A stretch of 64,000 nt of DNA from Eledone cirrhosa (Eukaryota): NCBI GenBank assembly GCA_964016885.1, contig OZ024750.1:37448001-37512000 (forward strand), read 5' to 3'. Below the pieces are notes generated by a model, which was not told the DNA's origin, did not search any database, and saw only the letters and a list, made by a program, of their open reading frames with translations. Position 1 is the stretch's first letter, and each line of letters begins with the position of its first letter. The position numbers were made by a program, and so were the translations under genes. Positions 1 to 13,099 of this stretch are shown piece after piece.

Positions 1-2601
1 TTTTACACTATTTGGAAAAAATATTTTTTTTCAAAAAAATGCGTTTGTACATTGTGTTTCGACACGTTGAAAAATACAATATATATATCAATTTTCGAAA
101 TCAGAAAGTATATATTTCGAAAGAAAAAAAATCAATCTTTTTTGAAAAAAAAAATTTTTCGAAATACTGTGTAAAATGATCAAATGGTGAAAAACCTAAA
201 ATAATCAATTTTTTTATACTTTTCGAAATATTTACTTCTGATTTCTAAAATTGATTTTTTTAGGTTTTTCACAAATTGATAATTTTACACTATTTTGAAA
301 AAATATTTTTTTTCAAAAAAATGCGTTTATACATTGTGTTTCGACACGTTGAAAAATACAATTTATATATCAATTTTCGAAATCAGAAAGTATATATTTC
401 GAAAGAAATAAAATCAATCTTTTTTGAAAAAAAACAATTTTTCGAAATACTGTGTAACATGATCAATTTGTGAAAAACCTAAAATAATCAATTTTTTTAT
501 ACTTTTCGAAATATTTACTTCTGATTTCTAAAATTGATTTTTTTAGGTTTTTCACAAATTGATCATTTTACACAGTATTTGGAAAAATTGCGTTTATACA
601 TTGTTTCGCCACGTTGAAAAATTTTTTAAAAATACAAAATATATATCAATTTTCGAAATCACAAAGTATATATTTCGAAAGAAAAAAATCAATCTTTTTT
701 GAAAAAAAACAATTATTCGAAATACTGTGTAAAATGATCAATTTGTGAAAAACCTAAAATAATCAATTCGTTTATACTTTTCGAAATATTTACTTCTGAT
801 TTCTAAAATTGATTTTTTTAGGTTTTTCACAAATTGATCATTTTACACAGTATTTGGAAAAAATGCATTGTTTCGACACGTTGAAAAATTTTTTAAAAAT
901 ACAAAATATATATCAATTTTCGAAATCAGAAAGTATATATTTCGAAAGAAAAAAAATTAATCTTTTTTGAAAAAAAACAATTTTTCGAAATACTGTGTAA
1001 AATGATCAATTTGTGAAAAACCTAAAATAATCCATTTTTTTATACCTTTCGAAATATTTACTTCTGATTTCTAAAATTGATTTTTTTTAGGTTTTTTACA
1101 AATTGATCATTTTACACAGTATTGGGAAAAAATGCGTTTATACATTATGTTTCGACACGTTGAAAAATTTTTTAAAAATACAAAATATATATGAATCATT
1201 TTACACAGTATTTGGAAAAAATATTTTTTTTCAAAAAAATGTGTTTATACATTGTGTTTCGACACGTTGAAAAATATTTGAAAAATACAAAATATATATC
1301 AATTTTCGAAATTAGAAAGTATATATTTCGAAAGAAAAAAAATCAATCTTTTTTGAAAAAAAATTTTTCGAATTACTGTGTAAAATGATCAATTTGTGAA
1401 AAACCTAAATTAATAAATTTTTTTATAATTTTAGAAATATTTACTTCTGATTTCTAACATTGATTTTTTTAGGTTTTACACAGTATTTGGAATAAATGCG
1501 TTTATACATTATGTTTCGACACGTTGAAAAATTTTTTAAAAATACAAAATATATATCAATTTTCGAAATCAGAAAGTATATATTTCGAAATAAAAAAAAT
1601 TAATCTTTTTTGAAATATAACAATTTTTCGAAATACTGTGTAAAATGATCAATTTGTGAAAAACCTAAAATAATCAATTTTTTATACTTTTCGAAATATT
1701 TACTTCTGATTTCTAAAATTGATTTTTTTAGGTTTTTCACAAATTGATCATTTTACACAGTATTTGGAAAAAATGCATTGTTTCGACACGTTGAAAAATT
1801 TTTTAAAAATACAAAATATATATCAATTTTCGAAATCAGAAAGTATATATTTCGAAAGAAAAAAAATTAATCTTTTTTGAAAAAAAACAATTTTTCGAAA
1901 TACTGTGTAAAATGATCAATTTGTGAAAAACCTAAAATAATCAATTTTTTAATACTTTTCGAAATATTTACTTCTGATTTCTAAAATTGATTTTTTTTAG
2001 GTTTTTCACAAATTGATCATTTTACACAGTATTTGGAAAAAATATTTTTTTTCAAAAGAATGCGTTTATAAATTGTGTTTCGACACGTTGAAAAATACAA
2101 AATATATATCAATTTTCGAAATCAGAAAGTATATATTTCGAAAGAAAAAAAATTAATCTTTTTTGAAAAAAAACAATTTTTCGAAATACTGTGTAAAATG
2201 ATCAATTTGTGAAAAACCTAAAATAATCAATTTTTTTATACTTTTCGAAATATTTACTTCTGATTTCTAAAATTGATTTTTTTAGGTTTTACACAGTATT
2301 TGCAAAAAAGGCGTTTATACATTTAGTTTCGACACGTTGAAAAATACAAAATATATATCAATTTTCGAAATCAGAAAGTATATATTTCGAAAGAAAAAAA
2401 TCAATCTCTTTTGAAAAAAAACAATTTTTCGAAATACTGTGTAAAATGATCAATTTGTGAAAAACCTAAAATAATCAATTTTTTTATACTTTTCGAACTA
2501 TTCACTTCTGATTTCTAAAATTGATTTTTTTAGGTTTTTCACAAATTGATCATTTTACACTATTTGGAAAAAATATTTTTTTTCAAAAAAATGCGTTTAT
2601 A

Positions 2602-2621
2602 CATTGTGTTTCGACACGTTG
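2602..2621 (+). other. Small stem-loop in the unique segment of the monomer (cattgtgt-TTCG-acacgttg); example copy
   Basis: GTGT pairs with ACAC around a TTCG loop, extendable by T.G, a T/T mismatch, A-T and C-G. It lies in the most GC-rich patch of the monomer. Function is not shown. Confidence 0.6.
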
Positions 2622-5600
2622 AAAAATACAATATATATATCAATTTTCGAAATCAGAAAGTATATATTTCGAAAGAAAAAAAATCAATCTTTTTTGAAAA
2701 AAAACAATTTTTCGAAATACTGTGTAAAATGATCAAATGGTGAAAAACCTAAAATAATCAATTTTTTTATACTTTTCGAAATATTTACTTCTGATTTCTA
2801 AAATTGATTTTTTTAGGTTTTTCACAAATTGATAATTTTACACTATTTTGAAAAAATATTTTTTTTCAAAAAAATGCGTTTATACATTGTGTTTCGACAC
2901 GTTGAAAAATACAATTTATATATCAATTTTCGAAATCAGAAAGTATATATTTCGAAAGAAATAAAATCAATCTTTTTTGAAAAAAAACAATTTTTCGAAA
3001 TACTGTGTAACATGATCAATTTGTGAAAAACCTAAAATAATCAATTTTTTTATACTTTTCGAAATATTTACTTCTGATTTCTAAAATTGATTTTTTTAGG
3101 TTTTTCACAAATTGATCATTTTACACAGTATTTGGAATAATTGCGTTTATACATTGTTTCGACACGTTGAAAAATTTTTTAAAAATACAAAATATATATC
3201 AATTTTCGAAATCACAAAGTATATATTTCGAAAGAAAAAAATCAATCTTTTTTGAAAAAAAACAATTATTCGAAATACTGTGTAAAATGATCAATTTGTG
3301 AAAAACCTAAAATAATCAATTCGTTTATACTTTTCGAAATATTTACTTCTGATTTCTAAAATTGATTTTTTTAGGTTTTTCACAAATTGATCATTTTACA
3401 CAGTATTTGGAAAAAATGCATTGTTTCGACACGTTGAAAAATTTTTTAAAAATACAAAATATATATCAATTTTCGAAATCAGAAAGTATATATTTCGAAA
3501 GAAAAAAAATTAATCTTTTTTGAAAAAAAACAATTTTTCGAAATACTGTGTAAAATGATCAATTTGTGAAAAACCTAAAATAATCAATTTTTTTATACTT
3601 TTCGAAATATTTACTTCTGATTTCTAAAATTGATTTTTTTTAGGTTTTTCACAAATTGATCATTTTACACAGTATTTGGAAAAAATATTTTTTTTCAAAA
3701 GAATGCGTTTATAAATTGTGTTTCGACACGTTGAAAAATACAAAATATATATCAATTTTCGAAATCAGAAAGTATATATTTCGAAAGAAAAAAAATTAAT
3801 CTTTTTTGAAAAAAAACAATTTTTCGAAATACTGTGTAAAATGATCAATTTGTGAAAAACCTAAAATAATCAATTTTTTTATACTTTTCGAAATATTTAC
3901 TTCTGATTTCTAAAATTGATTTTTTTAGGTTTTACACAGTATTTGCAAAAAAGGCGTTTATACATTTAGTTTCGACACGTTGAAAAATACAAAATATATA
4001 TCAATTTTCGAAATCAGAAAGTATATATTTCGAAAGAAAAAAAATTAATCTTTTTTGAAAAAAAACAATTTTTCGAAATACTGTGTAAAATGATCAATTT
4101 GTGAAAAACCTAAAATAATCCATTTATTTATACTTTTCGAAATATTTACTTCTGATTTCTAAAATTGATTTTTTTAGGTTTTTCACAAATTGATCATTTT
4201 ACACAGTATTTGGAAAAAATACATTGTTTCGACACGTTGAAAAATTTTTTAAAAATACAAAATATATATCAATTTTCGAAATCAGAAACTATATTTCGAA
4301 AGAAAAAAAATCAATCTTTTTTGAAAAAAAACAATTTTTCGAAATACTTTGTAAAATGATAGATTTGTGAAAAACCTAAAATAATCCATTTTTTTATACT
4401 TTTCGAAATATTTACTTCTGATTTCTAAAATTGATTTTTTTTAGGTTTTTCACAAATTGATCATTTTACACAGTATTTGGAAAAAATGCGTTATGTTTCG
4501 ACACGTTGAAAAACTTTTGAAAAATTCAAAATATATATCAATTTTCGAAATCAGAAAGTATATATTTCGAAAGAAATAAAATCAAATTTTTTTGAAAAAA
4601 AACAATTTTTCGAAATACTGTGTAACATGATCAATTTGTGAAAAACCTAAAATAATAAATTTTTTTATACTTTTAGAAATATTTATTTCTGATTTCTAAC
4701 ATTGATTTTTTTAGGTTTTACACAGTATTTGGAAAAAATGCGTTTATACATTATGTTTCGGCACGTTGAAAAATATTTGAAAAATACAAAATATATATCA
4801 ATTTTCGAAATCAGAAAGTATATATTTCGAAAGAAAAAAAATCAATCTTTTTTGAAAAAAAACAATTTTTCGAAATACTGTGTAAAATGATCAATTTGTG
4901 AAAAACCTAAAATAATCAATTTTTTTATACTTTTCGAAATATTTACTTCTGATTTCTAAAATTGACTTTTTTAGGTTTTTCACAAATTGATCATTTTACA
5001 CAGTATTTGGAAAAAATGCGTTTATAGATTGTTTCGACACGTTGAAAAATTTTTTAAAAATACAAAATATATATCAATTTTCGAAATCAGAAAGTATGTA
5101 TTTCGAAAGAAAAAAAATCAATCTTTTTTGAAAAAAAACAATTTTTCGAAATACTGTGTAAATTGATCAATTTGTGAAAAACCTAAAATAATCAATTTTT
5201 TTATACTTTTCGAAATATTTACTTCTGATTTCTAAAATTGATTTTTTTAGGTTTTTAACAAATTGATCCTTTTACACAGTATTTGGAAAAAATATTTTTT
5301 TTCAAAAATATGTGTTTATACATTGTGTTTCGACACGTTGAAAAATATTTGAAAAATTAAAAATATATATCAATTTTCGAAATCAGAAAGTATATATTTC
5401 GAAAGAAAAAAATCAATCTCTTTTGAAAAAAAACAATTTTTCGAAATACTGTGTAAAATGATCAATTTGTGAAAAACCTAAAATAATCAATTTTTTTATA
5501 CTTTTCGAACTATTCACTTCTGATTTCTAAAATTGATTTTTTTAGGTTTTTCACAAATTGATCATTTTACACTATTTTGAAAAAATATTTTTTTTCAAAA

Positions 5601-6740
5601 AAATGCGTTTATACATTGTGTTTCGACACGTTGAAAAATACAATTTATATATCAATTTTCGAAATCAGAAAGTATATATTTCGAAAGAAATAAAATCAAT
5701 CTTTTTTGAAAAAAAACAATTTTTCGAAATACTGTGTAACATGATCAATTTGTGAAAAACCTAAAATAATCAATTTTTTTATACTTTTCGAAATATTTAC
5801 TTCTGATTTCTAAAATTGATTTTTTTAGGTTTTTCACAAATTGATCATATTACACAGTATTTGGAAAAAATGTTTTCTTTCAAAAAAATGCGTGTATACA
5901 TTGTGTTTCGACACGTTGAAAAATATTTGAAAAATACAAAATATATATCAATTTTCGAAATAAGAAAGTATATATTTCGATAGAAAAAAAAATCAATCTT
6001 TTTTGAAAAAAAACAATTATTCGAAATACTGTGTAAAATAATCAATTTGTGAAAAACCTAAAATAATCAATTCGTTTATACTTTTCGAAATATTTACTTC
6101 TGATTTCTAAAATTGATTTTTTTAGGTTTTTCACAAATTGATCATTTTACACAGTATTTGTAAAAAATTTTTTTTTTCAAAAAAATGCGTTTATACATTG
6201 TGCTTCGACACGTTGAAAAATATTAAATATATATCAATTTTCGAAATCAGAAAGTATATATTTCGAAAGAAAAAAATCAATCTCTTTTAAAAAAAAACAA
6301 TTTTTCGAAATACTGTGTAAAATGATCAATTTGTGAAAAACCTAAAATAATCAATTTTTTTATACTTTTCGAAATATTTACTTCTGATTTCTAAAATTGA
6401 TTTTTTTAGGTTTTTCACAAATTGATCATTTTACACTATTTGGAATACAATATATATATCAATTTTCAAAATCAGAAAGTATATATTTCGAAAGAAAAAA
6501 AATCAATCTTTTTTGAAAAAAAACAATTTTTCGAAATACTGTGTAAAATGATCAATTTGTGAAAAACCTAAAATAATCAATTTTTTTATACTTTTCGAAA
6601 TATTTACTTCTGATTTCTAAAATTGATTTTTTTAGGTTTTTCACAAATTGATAATTTTACACTATTTGGAAAAAATATTTTTTTTCAAAAAAATGCGTTT
6701 ATACATTGTGTTTCGACACGTTGAAAAATACAATTTATAT

Positions 6741-6910
6741 ATCAATTTTCGAAATCAGAAAGTATATATTTCGAAAGAAAAAAAATCAATCTTTTTTGAA
6801 AAAAAACAATTTTTCGAAATACTGTGTAAAATGATCAATTTGTGAAAAACCTAAAATAATCAATTTTTATATACTTTTCGAAATATTTACTTCTGATTTC
6901 TAAAATTGAT
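6741..6910. repeat. Second inverted repeat B/B' (~37-bp arms), interleaved with A/A'; example copy
   Basis: B (6741-6777) is atcaattttcgaaatcagaaagtatatatttcgaaag. The reverse complement of B' (6874-6910) is atcaattttagaaatcagaagtaaatatttcgaaaag, differing by two substitutions and two 1-bp indels. Confidence 0.9.
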
Positions 6911-6977
6911 TTTTTTAGGTTTTTCACAAATTGATCATTTTACACAGTATTTGGAAAAAATGTTTTCTTTCAAAAAA
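6792..6977. repeat. Inverted repeat A/A' (76-bp arms, 34-bp spacer), one per monomer, shortened in deletion variants; example copy
   Basis: Arm A (6792-6867) and arm A' (6902-6977) are reverse complements with 4 mismatches. They share a perfect 40-bp core: aaatactgtgtaaaatgatcaatttgtgaaaaacctaaaa / ttttaggtttttcacaaattgatcattttacacagtattt. Confidence 0.95.
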
Positions 6978-9900
6978 ATGCGTTTATACATTGTGTTTCG
7001 ACACGTTGAAAAATATTTGAAAAATACAAAATATATATCAATTTTCGAAATAAGAAAGTATATATTTCGATAGAAAAAAAATCAATCTTTTTTGAAAAAA
7101 AACAATTATTCGAAATACTGTGTAAAATAATCAATTTGTGAAAAACTTAAAATAATCAATTCGTTTATACTTTTCGAAATATTTACTTCTGATTTCTAAA
7201 ATTGATTTTTTTAGGTTTTTCACAAATTGATCATTTTACACAGTATTTGGAAAAAATTTTTTTTTTCAAAAAAATGCGTTTATACATTGTGCTTCGACAC
7301 GTTGAAAAATATTAAATATATATCAATTTTCGAAATCAGAAAGTATGTATTTCGAAAGAAAAAAAATCAATCTTTTTTGAAAAAAAACCATTTTTCGAAA
7401 TACTGTGTAAAGTGATCAATTTGTGAAAAACCTAAAATAATCAATTTTTTTATACTTTTCGAAATATTTACTTCTGATTTCTAAAATTGATTTTTTTAGG
7501 TTTTTCACAAATTGATCATTTTACACAGTATTTGGACAAAATATTTTTTTTCAAAAAAATGTGTTTATACATTGTGTTTCGACACGTTGAAAAATATTTG
7601 AAAAATTAAAAATATATATCAATTTTCGAAATCAGAAAGTATATATTTCGAAAGAAAAAAATCAATCTCTTTTTAAAAAAAACAATTTTTCGAAATACTG
7701 TGTAAAATGATCAATTTGTGAAAAACCTAAAATAATCAATTTTTTTATACTTTTCGAAATATTTACTTCTGATTTCTAAAATTGATTTTTTTAGGTTTTT
7801 CACAAATTGATCATTTTACACTATTTGGAAAAAATATTTTTTTTCAAAAAAATGCGTTTATACATTGTGTTTCGACACGTTAAAAAATACAATATATATA
7901 TCAATTTTCGAAATCAGAAAGTATATATTTCGAAAGAAAAAAAATCAATCTTTTTTGAAAAAAAACAATTTTTCGAAATACTGTGTAAAATGATCAATTT
8001 GTGAAAAACCTAAAATAATCAATTTTTTTATACTTTTCGAAATATTTACTTCTGATTTCTAAAATTGATTTTTTTAGGTTTTTCACAAATTGATAATTTT
8101 ACACTATTTGGAAAAAATATTTTTTTTCAAAAAAATGCGTTTATACATTGTGTTTCGACACGTTGAAAAATACAATTTATATATCAATTTTCGAAATCAG
8201 AAAGTATATATTTCGAAAGAAAAAAATCAATCTTTTTTGAAAAAAAACAATTTTTCGAAATACTGTGTAAAATGATCAATTTGTGAAAAACCTAAAATAA
8301 TCAATTTTTTTATACTTTTCGAAATATTTACTTCTGATTTCTAAAATTGATTTTTTTTAGGTTTTTCACAAACTGATCATTTTACACAGTATTTGGAAAA
8401 AAGGCGTTTATACATTGTTCCGACACGTTGAAAAATCTTTTAAAAATACAAAATATATATCAATTTTCGAAATCAGAAAGTATGTATTTCGAAAAAAAAA
8501 AATCAATCGTTTTTGAAAAAAAACAATTTTTCGAAATACTGTAAAATGATCAATTTGTGAAAAACCTAAAATAATCAATTCGTTTATACTTTTCGAAATA
8601 TTTACTTCTGATTTCTAAAATTGATTTTTTTAGGTTTTTCACAAATTGATCATTTTACACAGTATTTGGAAAAAATGCATTGTTTCGACACGTTGAAAAA
8701 TTTTTTAAAAATACAAAATATATATCAATTTTCGAAATCAGAAAGTATATATTTCGAAAGAAAAAAAATTAATCTTTTTTGAAAAAAAACAATTTTTCGA
8801 AATACTGTGTAAAATGATCAATTTGTGAAAAACCTAAAATAATCAATTTTTTTATACTTTTCGAAATATTTACTTCTGATTTCTAAAATTGATTTTTTTT
8901 AGGTTTTTCACAAATTGATCATTTTACACAGTATTTGGAAAAAATATTTTTTTTCAAAAGAATGCGTTTATAAATTGTGTTTCGACACGTTGAAAAATAC
9001 AAAATATATATCAATTTTCGAAATCAGAAAGTATATATTTCGAAAGAAAAAAAATTAATCTTTTTTGAAAAAAAACAATTTTTCGAAATACTGTGTAAAA
9101 TGATCAATTTGTGAAAAACCTAAAATAATCAATTTTTTTATACTTTTCGAAATATTTACTTCTGATTTCTAAAATTGATTTTTTTAGGTTTTACACAGTA
9201 TTTGCAAAAAAGGCGTTTATACATTTAGTTTCGACACGTTGAAAAATACAAAATATATATCAATTTTCGAAATCAGAAAGTATATATTTCGAAAGAAAAA
9301 AAATTAATCTTTTTTGAAAAAAAACAATTTTTCGAAATACTGTGTAAAATGATCAATTTGTGAAAAACCTAAAATAATCCATTTATTTATACTTTTCGAA
9401 ATATTTACTTCTGATTTCTAAAATTGATTTTTTTAGGTTTTTCACAAATTGATCATTTTACACAGTATTTGGAAAAAATACATTGTTTCGACACGTTGAA
9501 AAATTTTTTAAAAATACAAAATATATATCAATTTTCGAAATCAGAAACTATATTTCGAAAGAAAAAAAATCAATCTTTTTTGAAAAAAAACAATTTTTCG
9601 AAATACTTTGTAAAATGATAGATTTGTGAAAAACCTAAAATAATCCATTTTTTTATACTTTTCGAAATATTTACTTCTGATTTCTAAAATTGATTTTTTT
9701 TAGGTTTTTCACAAATTGATCATTTTACACAGTATTTGGAAAAAATGCGTTATGTTTCGACACGTTGAAAAACTTTTGAAAAATTCAAAATATATATCAA
9801 TTTTCGAAATCAGAAAGTATATATTTCGAAAGAAATAAAATCAAATTTTTTTGAAAAAAAACAATTTTTCGAAATACTGTGTAACATGATCAATTTGTGA

Positions 9901-12900
9901 AAAACCTAAAATAATAAATTTTTTTATACTTTTAGAAATATTTATTTCTGATTTCTAACATTGATTTTTTTAGGTTTTACACAGTATTTGGAAAAAATGC
10001 GTTTATACATTATGTTTCGGCACGTTGAAAAATATTTGAAAAATACAAAATATATATCAATTTTCGAAATCAGAAAGTATATATTTCGAAAGAAAAAAAA
10101 TCAATCTTTTTTGAAAAAAAACAATTTTTCGAAATACTGTGTAAAATGATCAATTTGTGAAAAACCTAAAATAATCAATTTTTTTATACTTTTCGAAATA
10201 TTTACTTCTGATTTCTAAAATTGACTTTTTTAGGTTTTTCACAAATTGATCATTTTACACAGTATTTGGAAAAAATGCGTTTATAGATTGTTTCGACACG
10301 TTGAAAAATTTTTTAAAAATACAAAATATATATCAATTTTCGAAATCAGAAAGTATGTATTTCGAAAGAAAAAAAATCAATCTTTTTTGAAAAAAAACAA
10401 TTTTTCGAAATACTGTGTAAATTGATCAATTTGTGAAAAACCTAAAATAATCAATTTTTTTATACTTTTCGAAATATTTACTTCTGATTTCTAAAATTGA
10501 TTTTTTTAGGTTTTTAACAAATTGATCCTTTTACACAGTATTTGGAAAAAATATTTTTTTTCAAAAATATGTGTTTATACATTGTGTTTCGACACGTTGA
10601 AAAATATTTGAAAAATTAAAAATATATATCAATTTTCGAAATCAGAAAGTATATATTTCGAAAGAAAAAAATCAATCTCTTTTGAAAAAAAACAATTTTT
10701 CGAAATACTGTGTAAAATGATCAATTTGTGAAAAACCTAAAATAATCAATTTTTTTATACTTTTCGAACTATTCACTTCTGATTTCTAAAATTGATTTTT
10801 TTAGGTTTTTCACAAATTGATCATTTTACACTATTTTGAAAAAATATTTTTTTTCAAAAAAATGCGTTTATACATTGTGTTTCGACACGTTGAAAAATAC
10901 AATTTATATATCAATTTTCGAAATCAGAAAGTATATATTTCGAAAGAAATAAAATCAATCTTTTTTGAAAAAAAACAATTTTTCGAAATACTGTGTAACA
11001 TGATCAATTTGTGAAAAACCTAAAATAATCAATTTTTTTATACTTTTCGAAATATTTACTTCTGATTTCTAAAATTGATTTTTTTAGGTTTTTCACAAAT
11101 TGATCATATTACACAGTATTTGGAAAAAATGTTTTCTTTCAAAAAAATGCGTGTATACATTGTGTTTCGACACGTTGAAAAATATTTGAAAAATACAAAA
11201 TATATATCAATTTTCGAAATAAGAAAGTATATATTTCGATAGAAAAAAAAATCAATCTTTTTTGAAAAAAAACAATTATTCGAAATACTGTGTAAAATAA
11301 TCAATTTGTGAAAAACCTAAAATAATCAATTCGTTTATACTTTTCGAAATATTTACTTCTGATTTCTAAAATTGATTTTTTTAGGTTTTTCACAAATTGA
11401 TCATTTTACACAGTATTTGTAAAAAATTTTTTTTTTCAAAAAAATGCGTTTATACATTGTGCTTCGACACGTTGAAAAATATTAAATATATATCAATTTT
11501 CGAAATCAGAAAGTATATATTTCGAAAGAAAAAAATCAATCTCTTTTAAAAAAAAACAATTTTTCGAAATACTGTGTAAAATGATCAATTTGTGAAAAAC
11601 CTAAAATAATCAATTTTTTTATACTTTTCGAAATATTTACTTCTGATTTCTAAAATTGATTTTTTTAGGTTTTTCACAAATTGATCATTTTACACTATTT
11701 GGAATACAATATATATATCAATTTTCAAAATCAGAAAGTATATATTTCGAAAGAAAAAAAATCAATCTTTTTTGAAAAAAAACAATTTTTCGAAATACTG
11801 TGTAAAATGATCAATTTGTGAAAAACCTAAAATAATCAATTTTTTTATACTTTTCGAAATATTTACTTCTGATTTCTAAAATTGATTTTTTTAGGTTTTT
11901 CACAAATTGATAATTTTACACTATTTGGAAAAAATATTTTTTTTCAAAAAAATGCGTTTATACATTGTGTTTCGACACGTTGAAAAATACAATTTATATA
12001 TCAATTTTCGAAATCAGAAAGTATATATTTCGAAAGAAAAAAAATCAATCTTTTTTGAAAAAAAACAATTTTTCGAAATACTGTGTAAAATGATCAATTT
12101 GTGAAAAACCTAAAATAATCAATTTTTATATACTTTTCGAAATATTTACTTCTGATTTCTAAAATTGATTTTTTTAGGTTTTTCACAAATTGATCATTTT
12201 ACACAGTATTTGGAAAAAATGTTTTCTTTCAAAAAAATGCGTTTATACATTGTGTTTCGACACGTTGAAAAATATTTGAAAAATACAAAATATATATCAA
12301 TTTTCGAAATAAGAAAGTATATATTTCGATAGAAAAAAAATCAATCTTTTTTGAAAAAAAACAATTATTCGAAATACTGTGTAAAATAATCAATTTGTGA
12401 AAAACTTAAAATAATCAATTCGTTTATACTTTTCGAAATATTTACTTCTGATTTCTAAAATTGATTTTTTTAGGTTTTTCACAAATTGATCATTTTACAC
12501 AGTATTTGGAAAAAATTTTTTTTTTCAAAAAAATGCGTTTATACATTGTGCTTCGACACGTTGAAAAATATTAAATATATATCAATTTTCGAAATCAGAA
12601 AGTATGTATTTCGAAAGAAAAAAAATCAATCTTTTTTGAAAAAAAACCATTTTTCGAAATACTGTGTAAAGTGATCAATTTGTGAAAAACCTAAAATAAT
12701 CAATTTTTTTATACTTTTCGAAATATTTACTTCTGATTTCTAAAATTGATTTTTTTAGGTTTTTCACAAATTGATCATTTTACACAGTATTTGGACAAAA
12801 TATTTTTTTTCAAAAAAATGTGTTTATACATTGTTTCGACACGTTGAAAAATATTTGAAAAATTAAAAATATATATCAATTTTCGAAATCAGAAAGTATA

Positions 12901-13099
12901 TATTTCGAAAGAAAAAAATCAATCTCTTTTTAAAAAAAACAATTTTTCGAAATACTGTGTAAAATGATCAATTTGTGAAAAACCTAAAATAATCAATTTT
13001 TTTATACTTTTCGAAATATTTACTTCTGATTTCTAAAATTGATTTTTTTAGGTTTTTCACAAATTGATCATTTTACACTATTTGGAAAAAATATTTTTT

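Noticed and set aside
2602-2640. Rho-independent terminator or canonical Helitron 3' end at the small hairpin
   Set aside because: The stem is weak (4 contiguous Watson-Crick pairs), there is no upstream gene, and no CTRR follows the hairpin.
5971-5985. DRE/BEAF-like tttcgata motif
   Set aside because: It is a single-base variant of the ubiquitous tttcgaaa in one monomer class, with no promoter context.
6812-6828. CENP-B box
   Set aside because: tttcgaaatactgtgta matches TTCG and the central A but not the CGGG half (about 6 of 9 core positions), which is expected by chance given the many TTCG motifs.
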